Positions 39,755-48,983 are shown, numbered from the stretch's first letter. The stretch: DNA of 64,000 nt from Hyphomicrobiales bacterium (GCA_011087605.1 JAALLE010000008.1:6979-70978), one strand, 5' to 3'. Notes: generated by a model from the sequence alone, not told the origin. Program-made: numbers and translations.

Positions 39755-40234
39755 ATGGCAGCTAAGAAATCATCCATTGACACCAAATTAATCCGTGAAC
39801 TGGCAAATTTGCTCAATGAAACAGACCTGCATGAAATTGAGTTGGAAGAAGGCGAAATGCGGCTGAAACTGTCGCGGGCTGGTTCGGTCGTCTCAGCTCC
39901 GATGGTGACGCATGCCAGTGTTGCGCCGGCACCAGCAGCAGCGGCAGTCGCACCCGCCGCCGCTGTGGTAGCACCAGCAGCAGAAGCGCCTGCAGCATCC
40001 GGTACGCCGATTTCCTCACCCATGGTTGGCACAGCCTACCTGTCACCATCACCTGATGCTGACTCGTTTGTTAAAGTTGGCGATACCGTCAAAACCGGTC
40101 AGACAATCATGATTGTCGAAGCTATGAAAACCATGAACCAAATCCCAAGCACTCAGGACGGCGTTGTCGCCTCCATTGACGTGGAAGATGGGCAACCGGT
40201 TGAATTTGGTGAAACCCTGATCACCCTGAAATAG
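39755..40234 (+). CDS. accB: Acetyl-CoA carboxylase biotin carboxyl carrier protein
   Basis: It has an Ala/Pro linker and the biotinylation motif EAMKTMNQI. Confidence 0.95.
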   Translation: MAAKKSSIDTKLIRELANLLNETDLHEIELEEGEMRLKLSRAGSVVSAPMVTHASVAPAPAAAAVAPAAAVVAPAAEAPAASGTPISSPMVGTAYLSPSPDADSFVKVGDTVKTGQTIMIVEAMKTMNQIPSTQDGVVASIDVEDGQPVEFGETLITLK

Positions 40235-40246
40235 GCGGCTGAGCAG

Positions 40247-41590
40247 ATGTTCAACAAAGTACTTATCGCCAACCGTGGCGAAATTGCCCTTCGAATCCTG
40301 CGCGCTTGTAAGGAAATGGGCATTGAAACCGTAGCCGCTCACTCGACTGCTGATGCCGATGCCATGCATGTACGGCTGGCAGACCAGAGCGTTTGCATTG
40401 GCCCGCCGGCCTCACGCGATTCCTATCTTAACATGCATGAGATCGTTGCGGCGTGCGAGATCACCGGTGCGGATGCCATACATCCCGGCTACGGATTTTT
40501 GTCGGAAAATGCCAAATTTGCGGAAATCCTTGAAGCACACGGCATTACCTTCATCGGCCCGACGTCAGAGCACATCAAGACCATGGGCGACAAGATCATG
40601 GCCAAGCAAACGGCGCAACGGCTTGGCATTCCCGTGGTACCCGGATCGGATGGCGCGGTTACCGAAGACAGCGAAGCCAGACGAATTGCTGCTGATATTG
40701 GATATCCGGTAATCATTAAAGCTGCTTCGGGAGGCGGTGGCCGTGGAATGCGAGTGGTCAATTCCGAACAGGAAATGGAAGTCGCACTGCAAACCACCCG
40801 TACCGAAGCCGGGGCAGCGTTCGGTGATGATGCGGTCTATATCGAAAAGTATCTTGGCAAACCTCGCCATATCGAAGTTCAGGTGATGGGTGATGGCAAG
40901 GGCATGGGCGTCCATCTGGGCGAACGCGATTGTTCGCTGCAGCGTCGCCACCAGAAAGTCCTTGAAGAAGCAAACTCTCCTGCTTTGACTCCCGAGCAAC
41001 GTGACAAAATTGGTATGATTTGCGCTAATGCAGTTGGCGATCTGGGATATTCCGGTGCCGGCACAATCGAATTTCTCTACGAAGATGGCGAATTCTATTT
41101 CATCGAAATGAACACCCGCTTGCAGGTCGAACACCCGGTTACCGAAATGATCACACGCATCGATCTGGTCAATGAGCAATTGCGGGTCGCCAGCGGACAG
41201 GAAATGTCATTTAGCCAGAAAGACGTTCGGTTCCAGGGTCATGCAATTGAATGTCGGATCAACGCCGAGAACGCCCGCACATTTGTACCGTCGCCGGGCG
41301 AAATCACCTATTATCATCCTCCTGGTGGACTGGGCGTGCGTGTCGATTCTGGCGTCTTCACGGGTTACAAAATTCCGCCCTACTACGACAGTTTGATTGG
41401 CAAATTGATTGTCGTCGGCCGCAACCGCGCTGAGTGCCTCAACCGCCTGCGACGGTCGCTTGACGAATTCGTTGTAGGTGGCATTCAAACCACTCTGCCG
41501 CTGTTTCAGGATCTGGTGCGCAATGACGACGTTATAGCCGGCGACTATGACATTCACTGGCTGGAAAACTATCTGGCTCAAACAGGATAA
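40247..41590 (+). CDS. accC: Acetyl-CoA carboxylase biotin carboxylase subunit
   Basis: 447 aa with the blocks [24 protein letters not shown], and [14 protein letters not shown]. Confidence 0.97.
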   Translation: MFNKVLIANRGEIALRILRACKEMGIETVAAHSTADADAMHVRLADQSVCIGPPASRDSYLNMHEIVAACEITGADAIHPGYGFLSENAKFAEILEAHGITFIGPTSEHIKTMGDKIMAKQTAQRLGIPVVPGSDGAVTEDSEARRIAADIGYPVIIKAASGGGGRGMRVVNSEQEMEVALQTTRTEAGAAFGDDAVYIEKYLGKPRHIEVQVMGDGKGMGVHLGERDCSLQRRHQKVLEEANSPALTPEQRDKIGMICANAVGDLGYSGAGTIEFLYEDGEFYFIEMNTRLQVEHPVTEMITRIDLVNEQLRVASGQEMSFSQKDVRFQGHAIECRINAENARTFVPSPGEITYYHPPGGLGVRVDSGVFTGYKIPPYYDSLIGKLIVVGRNRAECLNRLRRSLDEFVVGGIQTTLPLFQDLVRNDDVIAGDYDIHWLENYLAQTG

Positions 41591-41595
41591 GACGC

Positions 41596-42234
41596 ATGTC
41601 AGGTGTCGACGACCTGATGATGGAAATCACGCCTCAGGTTTTGCTGAAAGCCTATGCCTGCAGCATTTTTCCAATGGCGGAAACGGCCGCAGATCCCGGC
41701 CTCTTCTGGGTCGAGCCCGAAATGCGCGGCATTATTCCGCTTGATGCATTTCATGTTCCGCGAAGACTGGCCCGCACGGTACGTCAGCAACCCTACAGAC
41801 TAAGCGTCGACACGGCCTTTGGTGAGGTGTTGCGGTTGTGTGCTGAAGACACACCAGACCGTCCACAAACCTGGATCAATGGCCGAATAGCCCAACTTTA
41901 CAACGATTTACATGCAATGGGACATTGCCATAGCGTCGAATGCTGGAGCGGAGACGATCTGGTTGGCGGGTTATATGGCGTCAGGCTCGGCGGAGCGTTT
42001 TTTGGTGAAAGCATGTTTTCCCGCGCACGTGACGCATCAAAGATCGCGCTGGTTCATTTGGTGGACCGGATGAAGATGGGAGGATTTCAATTGCTGGACA
42101 CACAATTCAACACCGCCCATCTGAGCCAGTTCGGTGCGATAGAAATTTCCAAGCGCGACTATGAACAGCTCTTGATCGAGGCTTTGACATTTGAAGCTGA
42201 TTTCTACGCCTTCGACAAAGCAGCAAACAGCTAA
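41596..42234 (+). CDS. aat: Leucyl/phenylalanyl-tRNA--protein transferase
   Basis: 212 aa with the motifs [30 protein letters not shown], and [14 protein letters not shown]. Confidence 0.92.
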   Translation: MSGVDDLMMEITPQVLLKAYACSIFPMAETAADPGLFWVEPEMRGIIPLDAFHVPRRLARTVRQQPYRLSVDTAFGEVLRLCAEDTPDRPQTWINGRIAQLYNDLHAMGHCHSVECWSGDDLVGGLYGVRLGGAFFGESMFSRARDASKIALVHLVDRMKMGGFQLLDTQFNTAHLSQFGAIEISKRDYEQLLIEALTFEADFYAFDKAANS

Positions 42235-42680
42235 TTGCTCGTCAGCGATGCCGGTGGTGGTACGTCGGAAGTTTGTTTGCAGGTCACAAGCCAGACATCG
42301 TTGACCGGGTGTTCTATAGCATTCAAGCCGGGACTTTCGGCAAACATCCAGCCTGTGAAAAGGCGCCGGATACGCCGGTCCAGGGTAATTTCATCGACTT
42401 CCAGAAACGACGTGGTTTTTGGTTCTTCCGTCGCAGGGCGGGAATAACAAACCCGCGGTGTTATTTCCAATTGACCGAATTTGACCGTTTCATCGACATA
42501 AACATCAAATGTGTGCCTCTCACCGGTAATTTTATCGATGCCCGAAAATACTGCGACACGATTTTCTATCCGCGCGGCGTGGGCGTACTGCCCCCCTGCC
42601 CAGCCAAATGCAATTACCGCTGCAACGAATGCGGCGGCAAGAAAGCTGGCGGTTGACTTAGCGAATGTGGGTCTGATCAT
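42231..42680 (-). CDS. DUF2155 domain protein (secreted)
   Basis: 149 aa with a signal peptide ([25 protein letters not shown]). As I recall, this is the conserved alphaproteobacterial neighbour of aat and NDUFA12. Confidence 0.7.
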   Translation of the reverse strand: MIRPTFAKSTASFLAAAFVAAVIAFGWAGGQYAHAARIENRVAVFSGIDKITGERHTFDVYVDETVKFGQLEITPRVCYSRPATEEPKTTSFLEVDEITLDRRIRRLFTGWMFAESPGLNAIEHPVNDVWLVTCKQTSDVPPPASLTSN

Positions 42681-42746
42681 CTTAATTTAGATTCGACAGG
42701 ATCTGTTGTTCTCATACACCAAAATTGTGGCAAATGTAGTGAAATG

Positions 42747-43568
42747 TCAGCGCATTTGCTGTTCTTTGCCATGATAATAGCTGCTCACGTGGCGATCTAT
42801 AATTTCTGCGCATTGTTTCGAATGAGTTGAGATCAAAAAATGCCCAGCGCCTTCGACGACATGCATGTTGGCTCGCGGCATTACTCGCGACAATTCCTCG
42901 GTTATTTCGACAATTGCCTGATTGGCCAATTCTCCACGCACCAATGAAGCCGGAATGTCAATTGACGCATAATCATTGATACTTGGTGTAAATCCAACCG
43001 CCGTACGCCAATCAAGAACATTGGTATAAGTCGTCGCGCGACAATAATTGCGCACGACTTCTGGCATGGACGCGAAAAATCCGGGCGTACCCCAAAAATC
43101 AATGATCAAAGCAGCAGCATCCGCATCACCACTGGCATATGCCTTTTCAAAGCGCTGAACCAACGACACCACGCAATCATGCCACTCAAATCTACCTACA
43201 TCAGGCAAAGAAAAAATTGGGTTGGCTTCAAATGTAACCAAACTAAGCGGGGTGACCGCACCTTTCAGGGTCGAAGCAAAAGTATTCAGTCCGCCATAGG
43301 AATGACCGATCAAGTGGACCGGTTCTCCAATCTGCTCAACAATCCCGGCCACGAATTTTTGCATAGTATTCATGTCAGATACGGTGTCGGGACGAATTTC
43401 AGGTGTTTTGCCGTATCCGGGCAGACTGACCGATATAAGCCGATATTGGCCTTTGAGTGCAGCGTGGACCGCGCTCCATGCTTCTTTGGTGCTGAATGAA
43501 CCCGGCAAAAACAACAGGGCCGGACCGGTACCTGAGTCTGCTAATTCAACTTCCAATTTGCTGCCCAC
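42747..43568 (-). CDS. Alpha/beta hydrolase
   Basis: 273 aa. It has the oxyanion region LLFLPGSF, the nucleophile elbow GHSYGG, and a C-terminal GAGHF histidine block. Confidence 0.8.
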   Translation of the reverse strand: MGSKLEVELADSGTGPALLFLPGSFSTKEAWSAVHAALKGQYRLISVSLPGYGKTPEIRPDTVSDMNTMQKFVAGIVEQIGEPVHLIGHSYGGLNTFASTLKGAVTPLSLVTFEANPIFSLPDVGRFEWHDCVVSLVQRFEKAYASGDADAAALIIDFWGTPGFFASMPEVVRNYCRATTYTNVLDWRTAVGFTPSINDYASIDIPASLVRGELANQAIVEITEELSRVMPRANMHVVEGAGHFLISTHSKQCAEIIDRHVSSYYHGKEQQMR

Positions 43569-43631
43569 CTACATCCGCGGGCCGATGGTATCCCTTACCT
43601 GCCAGCCCGATTAATTCATTGTTTCCGGAAG

Positions 43632-44384
43632 CTAATCATCCACACGAGCCAGAAATCGCAGACGCACATAATCTGCAAACCACTTTCCATTGTGATCACA
43701 CAATGAGTCTTTCAGAACGGCCTCAACTTTGTCCAAAGCCGCCTCGGATCCATCGCCAAACTGGTCAAAAAATGGGCCACTCATAACTTTCAACCATGCC
43801 CGCATGCCGGTTGGTAGCGGTGTTTGTCGATAAAAGGTCACGATGTTATCGACCTTAAACCCCTGTTGTTCGAGCAGGGCCGAATAGTGATCAACGGTTG
43901 GAAAGAACCATGGTCCAATGCGATCAGGATCGCCACCAAGTTCTTCACCCACTGCCCGCATTGCAGTGATGATTGCAGCAACATTGCCGAAACCACCGAA
44001 CTCCCCAACAAACCGACCGTTTGGTTTCAATGCCCGCTTGACTGAGCTGATTACATCGTCTGCCTGAATCATCCAGTGCAGCGCAGCATTTGAAAATACC
44101 GCATCAAATTCCCGGTCAAATGGCAGGTTTTGAGCGTCCAGCACCCGAGCATCGAGGCCGCTCGCCCTGGCCGTCTGTACAAAACTCGGGCTGCTGTCGG
44201 CGCCGACTACATCTGCACCAGCTGCGACGATTTTCTGGGTTAATACGCCATCCCCGCAGCCCAGATCCAGTATCCGTTCACCGGCAACCGGTTCTAACCA
44301 GGACAAGACATCTGCGCCATAGTCTGCCACAAAGCCGGTATCACGCTGGTAGAATTCAGATTCCCAGCGCTGCAGACCGCTCAT
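43632..44384 (-). CDS. Class I SAM-dependent methyltransferase (Tam/type-11-like)
   Basis: 250 aa with motif I ILDLGCGDG. Its ATG directly abuts the TAG of the upstream NDUFA12-like gene (TAGATG). Confidence 0.85.
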   Translation of the reverse strand: MSGLQRWESEFYQRDTGFVADYGADVLSWLEPVAGERILDLGCGDGVLTQKIVAAGADVVGADSSPSFVQTARASGLDARVLDAQNLPFDREFDAVFSNAALHWMIQADDVISSVKRALKPNGRFVGEFGGFGNVAAIITAMRAVGEELGGDPDRIGPWFFPTVDHYSALLEQQGFKVDNIVTFYRQTPLPTGMRAWLKVMSGPFFDQFGDGSEAALDKVEAVLKDSLCDHNGKWFADYVRLRFLARVDD

Positions 44385-44762
44385 CTACGGGCTCCATGCC
44401 TCATAGTCGCCGGTTACATCAGGGCGTTTTTCCTGACTGGCAATTGAACCCTTGGGGCGATAGGCGTTGGCTGTACCGGTCAGGTTTTCCTGATGCGGCA
44501 TTTGCCACTCGCGGGCCTTGTAGTCCTCTTGTGACGGTGCAACGTCGACCCGACCATGGATCCAGCCATGCCAGCCGGATGGTATCTGGCTGGGTTCAGC
44601 CTGATCAGCATAAATCACCCAACGCCTGTCGTCTTTGCTGCAGTAATAAACATTGCCATATTCGTCTTCCCCGACACGTTCTCCATTGCGCCAGGTATAA
44701 AACCGCGTGCCAAGTGTCTGACCATTCCACCAGGTGAAAATCTGCAATAGGAGGTTTTTCAT
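44385..44762 (-). CDS. NADH:ubiquinone oxidoreductase subunit NDUFA12-family protein
   Basis: It starts MKNLLLQIFTWWNGQTLGTRFYTWRNGERVGEDEYGNVYY and contains WHGWIH, the NDUFA12 signature pattern. The 30-codon extension in the track ORF is not homologous. Confidence 0.85.
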   Translation of the reverse strand: MKNLLLQIFTWWNGQTLGTRFYTWRNGERVGEDEYGNVYYCSKDDRRWVIYADQAEPSQIPSGWHGWIHGRVDVAPSQEDYKAREWQMPHQENLTGTANAYRPKGSIASQEKRPDVTGDYEAWSP

Positions 44763-44989
44763 ACATACACCTGCAATCGGGAGGCCAGTCCAAGTCGACC
44801 ATAACGGGTCAAAGGATTCTATGCTCCCCTTTTGATCTGAATCCGCCGGCAAGTCCAGCCCTTCGTGGATGGCTTATAGTTAGTAAGTAAGCTTAACCGG
44901 AGATCGTTTGGCCTTAACCATTAAGCTTTTGTTCATGATGTGAAATTGTTGACCGAGAAACGAATGTTTTCGCTTTTAGGTTGGACAAA

Positions 44990-45892
44990 ATGACAAAGTT
45001 ACACAGAATATTCTTTGGTGGTGCGGCTATGATGGGGCTCGCCACTTTGGCAGCAGGTTCAGCGCAGGCCTGGGAAACTCAAAAAAGTTATCACAGCCCG
45101 GCAAAAGCCGTTGCCTGCTACAAGAAAGTTCACCAGCCCGCCCAATATGAATGGGTCAAACGCAAGGTGCTGGTCCACCATGCTTCGAAGCAGGTAGAGC
45201 ATATACCAGCACGCTATTCGGTACAAAAACGTCAGGTTCAAATTCGCCCCCAACGGGTGTCTTATCATGAGACCCCGGCGAAATATAAAACCCGCGTGCG
45301 GCGTGTTCTGGTTCATCCTGAACGGGTGAGCTACCACCAGACACCTGCAAAATATAAAATCCGTACCCGCAAGGTATTGGTCTCCAAAGCCCAGCGCATT
45401 GCACATACCACGCCAGCCAAATACAAGACCGTCCACAAAACGGTTTTGGTTTCACCGGAACGTATCGGTTGGACGGTTAAGCATGACAAGTGGGGCAAGC
45501 CGGTTCACTGCAAGGTGAAATATCCTGCTACTTACAAGACCGTAGCTCATCGCAAACTGGTCCGCCACGCGCGGACGTCCTACAGCAAGATTCCAGCTCA
45601 ATACAGTTATGTGGATGAAAAGGTTCTTTGGCGCGCTGCCAAAACCCGCAAGGTTGTCCACCCCGCAAAATACAAACACGTTAAAGAAACGGTTCTGGTG
45701 CGCCATGGCAGCCGCAAGAAAATTGTTCATCCGGCAAAGTTCAAATGGGTCAAGGAAAAGGTTCTGATCCAGCACGCACAAAAAATTGTTCACCGCAGCC
45801 CGGCAAAATATAAATGGGTTAAGGAAAAGGTGCTGGTAAATCACGGAAAAACCGACTGGATCCGCGTCAACGCACCTGCGGGTGGTTGCTAA
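44990..45892 (+). CDS. Secreted, very basic protein made of ten 23-aa PA-x-Y-K...V-L-V repeats (unknown function)
   Basis: It has a signal peptide ending AGSAQA|WE, followed by a regular 23-residue periodicity. A strong terminator follows the gene. The track ORF starts at TTG 44981, and the first ATG is 44990. Confidence 0.7.
   Translation: MTKLHRIFFGGAAMMGLATLAAGSAQAWETQKSYHSPAKAVACYKKVHQPAQYEWVKRKVLVHHASKQVEHIPARYSVQKRQVQIRPQRVSYHETPAKYKTRVRRVLVHPERVSYHQTPAKYKIRTRKVLVSKAQRIAHTTPAKYKTVHKTVLVSPERIGWTVKHDKWGKPVHCKVKYPATYKTVAHRKLVRHARTSYSKIPAQYSYVDEKVLWRAAKTRKVVHPAKYKHVKETVLVRHGSRKKIVHPAKFKWVKEKVLIQHAQKIVHRSPAKYKWVKEKVLVNHGKTDWIRVNAPAGGC
45137..45889 (+). repeat. Tandem coding repeat, period 69 bp (23 aa), about 10 units with one 37-aa expanded unit
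   Basis: The units are PAQYEWVKRKVLVHHASKQVEHI, PARYSVQKRQVQIRPQRVSYHET, PAKYKTRVRRVLVHPERVSYHQT, PAKYKIRTRKVLVSKAQRIAHTT, PAKYKTVHKTVLVSPERIGW.., PATYKTVAHRKLVRHARTSYSKI, PAQYSYVDEKVLWRAAKTRKVVH, PAKYKHVKETVLVRHGSRKKIVH, PAKFKWVKEKVLIQHAQKIVHRS, and PAKYKWVKEKVLVNHGKTDW. Confidence 0.8.
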
Positions 45893-45919
45893 AGCCCCAC
45901 CCCATTTACACAGCTTTTC

Positions 45920-45947
45920 AAGGCCGGGTCCAAGGATCCGGCCTTTT
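45920..45947 (+). terminator. Strong rho-independent terminator after the repeat-protein gene
   Basis: AAGGCCGGGTC-caag-GATCCGGCCTT forms a stem of about 11 bp (one G-U pair) with a 4-nt loop, running into TTTTCATTT. Confidence 0.65.
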
Positions 45948-46025
45948 CATTTGCAGTCCGCTATCGCCGCCCGAAGGAATGTTCTAAACTGGCGCGACGT
46001 TCTCTCACTTGAATGCGCGGACCAG

Positions 46026-47114
46026 TTGAACCCTATCGTTGAAAAAATTATCCAGTTGAAAGAAAGCCATCCCGCCAATATCGCGGTGCAGTGTTTCGAT
46101 GCGGAATATTTCAGCTCGCTGGATTCCGGGCTGCAGCAACGGCTGCTGGACTGCATGCAGTCAGGTATCGACAATCCTGAAAGTGAAATGGGCTGTTATG
46201 CCTGTCAGGCCGATGACTATGATGTACTGCGGCCATTCTTTGCCAAGGCAATATCCAGATACCATGGGCAGGACTCCCAAAGTCGTCATGTCAGTGACTG
46301 GACAATTCCCGATGGAGATATGCTGGATATCGCGGAGTTTGGTCTGCCGCCGCTTTCCCTTCGCATACGGGTAGGTCGCAACTTTGCTGATTTGCCACTG
46401 ACCTCTGCCATGACACAGCAAGACCGTACAAGTCTTGAAAAGCGCATGGCCGACGTTTTTGAGCAGCTTCAGTCAAATCCCGAACTGGCCGGGACTTATG
46501 TATCTTTAACTCCGGGTCATCCAAACCAGCTGACCCAACAGGAATATGAAAAACTCGTTGCCGATCATGTGATGTTCAAGGCAATGGACGCCGACCCCTA
46601 TTTGATATCTGCCGGAATTGCCGGCGATTGGCCCCATGGACGCGGCTGCTACTATACCCCCGATCACTCTTTCATTGTCTGGGTTGGCGAAGAGGATCAC
46701 CTGCGCATCATGTGCATGAAAACGGGCACAAAGCTCAAGCGAGTACTCGACCAGCTTCACTCAGCGCTGCAGTTCATTGAACGCAGTGCGGCCAGCCCGT
46801 TCGCACGTTCGCAGGATTTTGGCACCGTAACCACCTGCCCGACAAACCTCGGCACCGGCATGCGCGCCTCGGTTCACCTGAACCTGCCTCATCTTACAAC
46901 CGGTGGCTCGCTCGATAAAGTCAAGGAAATCGCTGCACCGCTGGGCCTTGGCATTCGGGGCATGGGCGGTGAACACACGCCAATCGGCCCCGATGGAACT
47001 GTGGATGTATCTCCACGGGCTCGCCTTTACATTACCGAGGGCAATATCGTTCATCGTCTCTATGATGGGATTGGCCAGCTGATCAAAGCTGAACAAAACC
47101 TGTCTTCACACTAG
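46026..47114 (+). CDS. Phosphagen kinase (ATP:guanido phosphotransferase, arginine-kinase-like, two-domain eukaryote type)
   Basis: It has the active-site signature CPTNLGTGMRASVH, plus EEDHLRIMCM, SLRIRVGRNF, and LGIRGMGGEHT. The N-terminal helical domain carries a QSGIDNPESEMGCY loop. The maximal ORF (GTG 45882) runs through the upstream terminator. TTG 46026 gives 362 aa, which matches the roughly 357-aa arginine kinases. Confidence 0.85.
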   Translation: MNPIVEKIIQLKESHPANIAVQCFDAEYFSSLDSGLQQRLLDCMQSGIDNPESEMGCYACQADDYDVLRPFFAKAISRYHGQDSQSRHVSDWTIPDGDMLDIAEFGLPPLSLRIRVGRNFADLPLTSAMTQQDRTSLEKRMADVFEQLQSNPELAGTYVSLTPGHPNQLTQQEYEKLVADHVMFKAMDADPYLISAGIAGDWPHGRGCYYTPDHSFIVWVGEEDHLRIMCMKTGTKLKRVLDQLHSALQFIERSAASPFARSQDFGTVTTCPTNLGTGMRASVHLNLPHLTTGGSLDKVKEIAAPLGLGIRGMGGEHTPIGPDGTVDVSPRARLYITEGNIVHRLYDGIGQLIKAEQNLSSH

Positions 47115-47593
47115 CTATCCAGCAGATAATCCAGCGGCAGCTGTGTCGTATATTTCAACTGTTCCATGGCGAAAGAAGAACTCACATCTGTGGTATCCAC
47201 CTTACTGATTAGCCGCTGGTAAAAAGCGTCATATGCCTGAATATCGGGCACAACAACTCTCAACAGATAATCCACCTCGCCGCTCATGCGATACATTTCC
47301 ACCACTTCTGGAAAATCGCTGGTTACCTCGGAAAACCGTTTCAACCATTCCGCGTTGTGACTGTTGGTGCGGATCGACACAAATACCGTCACCTTGGCAT
47401 TGACCGATACCGGATCAAGAACAGCCACCCGTTTGGTGATCACCCCGTCCTCTTCCAGCTTTTGGATGCGTCTCCAGCACGGCGTGGTCGACAGACCAAC
47501 CTTTTTGCCAAGTTCGGCAACCGGCGTAGTCGCGTCCTGTTGAAGCAGAGTTAGAATGCGTTTATCGATGCGATCCATTTGATCAGGCCTCAT
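47111..47593 (-). CDS. Lrp/AsnC family transcriptional regulator
   Basis: It has an HTH region (DRIDKRILTLLQQDATTPVAELGKKVGLSTTPCWRRIQKLEEDGVI) and a C-terminal RAM/AsnC_trans_reg domain. I start at MRPDQMDRIDK (ATG 47578 is an alternative). The track extension to 47683 is not Lrp-like. Confidence 0.9.
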   Translation of the reverse strand: MRPDQMDRIDKRILTLLQQDATTPVAELGKKVGLSTTPCWRRIQKLEEDGVITKRVAVLDPVSVNAKVTVFVSIRTNSHNAEWLKRFSEVTSDFPEVVEMYRMSGEVDYLLRVVVPDIQAYDAFYQRLISKVDTTDVSSSFAMEQLKYTTQLPLDYLLDS

Positions 47594-47685
47594 TATAAGC
47601 AAGTGCGGATTTGTATTCCACGATTCAAGCATTTCAAATAGGATCATTTCTCGAGTTGCGCAAGTTTCCCCTGACTCGCGCAATA

Positions 47686-48318
47686 TTATTCTCTGACGAG
47701 CCGACCAACTTCACGTCTCAGCACAGGCAGAACTTCACCTTCAAACCATAAATTTTTCTTCAACCAACCGGTATTGCGCCAGGATGGATGCGGCAGTGGC
47801 AGAACCTTGGGTTTCCGGTCCTCGTTGAAGGTTTCCTGCCAGTTTGCCACCGTCTCCGTCAGGGTTTTTCGACGCGCGTCACCCATGTGATAGGCCTGCG
47901 CATATTGGCCGATCACCAGAATTAGCTCCAACTGTGGCATCAGTTCAAAAATGCTACCATGCCAGGCTTGCACGCATTCCTTGCGCGGTGGAAGGTCACT
48001 TTTCTTGGCATCGTAGCCCGGAAAGCAAAAACCCATTGGTACGATTGCAAGTCGACTTGCATCATAAAATTCTTCGTCTGAGATCTGCATCCAGTCTCGC
48101 AGGCGGTCCCCCGATGGATCCGTAAATGGCATGCCACTCTCATGAACCCGTAACCCAGGAGCCTGACCGGCAATGCACAGCCGTGCGGTCGAGGACAGGC
48201 GGACCACCGGACGGGGATGGTGAGGCAATGGCTCCGCGATAGGTTGATCGATGCAAATCGTGCAACCACCAATGTCGCGGGCCAGTTCTTCAAGTGCAGG
48301 TGTGGTGACGGCCGACAT
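47686..48318 (-). CDS. Uracil-DNA glycosylase superfamily protein (atypical motif A GQAPG)
   Basis: 210 aa. It has CTIC near the N-terminus, the motif IAGQAPGLRVHESGMPF, and HPSWRN near the C-terminus (a motif-B-like His). Confidence 0.75.
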   Translation of the reverse strand: MSAVTTPALEELARDIGGCTICIDQPIAEPLPHHPRPVVRLSSTARLCIAGQAPGLRVHESGMPFTDPSGDRLRDWMQISDEEFYDASRLAIVPMGFCFPGYDAKKSDLPPRKECVQAWHGSIFELMPQLELILVIGQYAQAYHMGDARRKTLTETVANWQETFNEDRKPKVLPLPHPSWRNTGWLKKNLWFEGEVLPVLRREVGRLVRE

Positions 48319-48365
48319 TATCTTATTACTTTAATATTATTCTTTATATCATTGTTATATATGAT

Positions 48366-48983
48366 TTATGCGGATGAAGATGGTCGTGATTTTACGCGCT
48401 CATACCAATCAAGAAGCTGCTCAAGTTCTTGGGGAATTTCCAACCTTGCTGGTTTGCAGAAATCCAGCGCTATCATCGCCGTTATGTCGGCGATTGTGTA
48501 GCGCTCTCCGGCGATAAAGGGGCGGTTCTTCAGTTCATCATTGAGCCATATGAGAGTTTTTAGAACCTTGGGTCGATTAGCATCGCTGAACTCTTTTATT
48601 TGCGGCACTTCCCACGTTGCCATCGCTGGATGAGCGTGACGGAAAACATTGGCGACAAGCAACAACAGGTGCATTTCCATGCGCCTTTGCCACATCTCAA
48701 CGCGGGCCTTGTCCAATGCACCAGCACCCATCAAAGGAGGCTGTGGGTGTAATTCTTCAAAATAACGACAAATAGCAACGCTTTCGGTCAGTGCAGTTCC
48801 GTCATCCAGGATCAAGACCGGTAATCTCTGCAGAACGTTATGTTCCGTGACGGTTTCCCCCTTGTGTTCCATGGCAGACATGTCAATTGGCTCTATCGGA
48901 ATTTCGATGCCTTTTTCAGCCAAAAACACCCGAACTCTGCGCGGATTGGGCGCCCTTCCACCATCCAGCAATTTCATCGACAC
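48366..48983 (-). CDS. Glutathione S-transferase
   Basis: 205 aa. It has an N-terminal thioredoxin-like GST domain (PNPRRVRVFLAEKGI...LPVLILDDGTALTESVAICRYFEE) and a helical C-domain. Confidence 0.88.
   Translation of the reverse strand: MSMKLLDGGRAPNPRRVRVFLAEKGIEIPIEPIDMSAMEHKGETVTEHNVLQRLPVLILDDGTALTESVAICRYFEELHPQPPLMGAGALDKARVEMWQRRMEMHLLLLVANVFRHAHPAMATWEVPQIKEFSDANRPKVLKTLIWLNDELKNRPFIAGERYTIADITAMIALDFCKPARLEIPQELEQLLDWYERVKSRPSSSA

Noticed and set aside
45137-45889. Regular 69-bp periodicity that could be mistaken for a CRISPR-like or satellite array
   Set aside because: The repeats are in-frame coding units of a signal-peptide-bearing ORF. They are degenerate at the DNA level and have no unique spacers.
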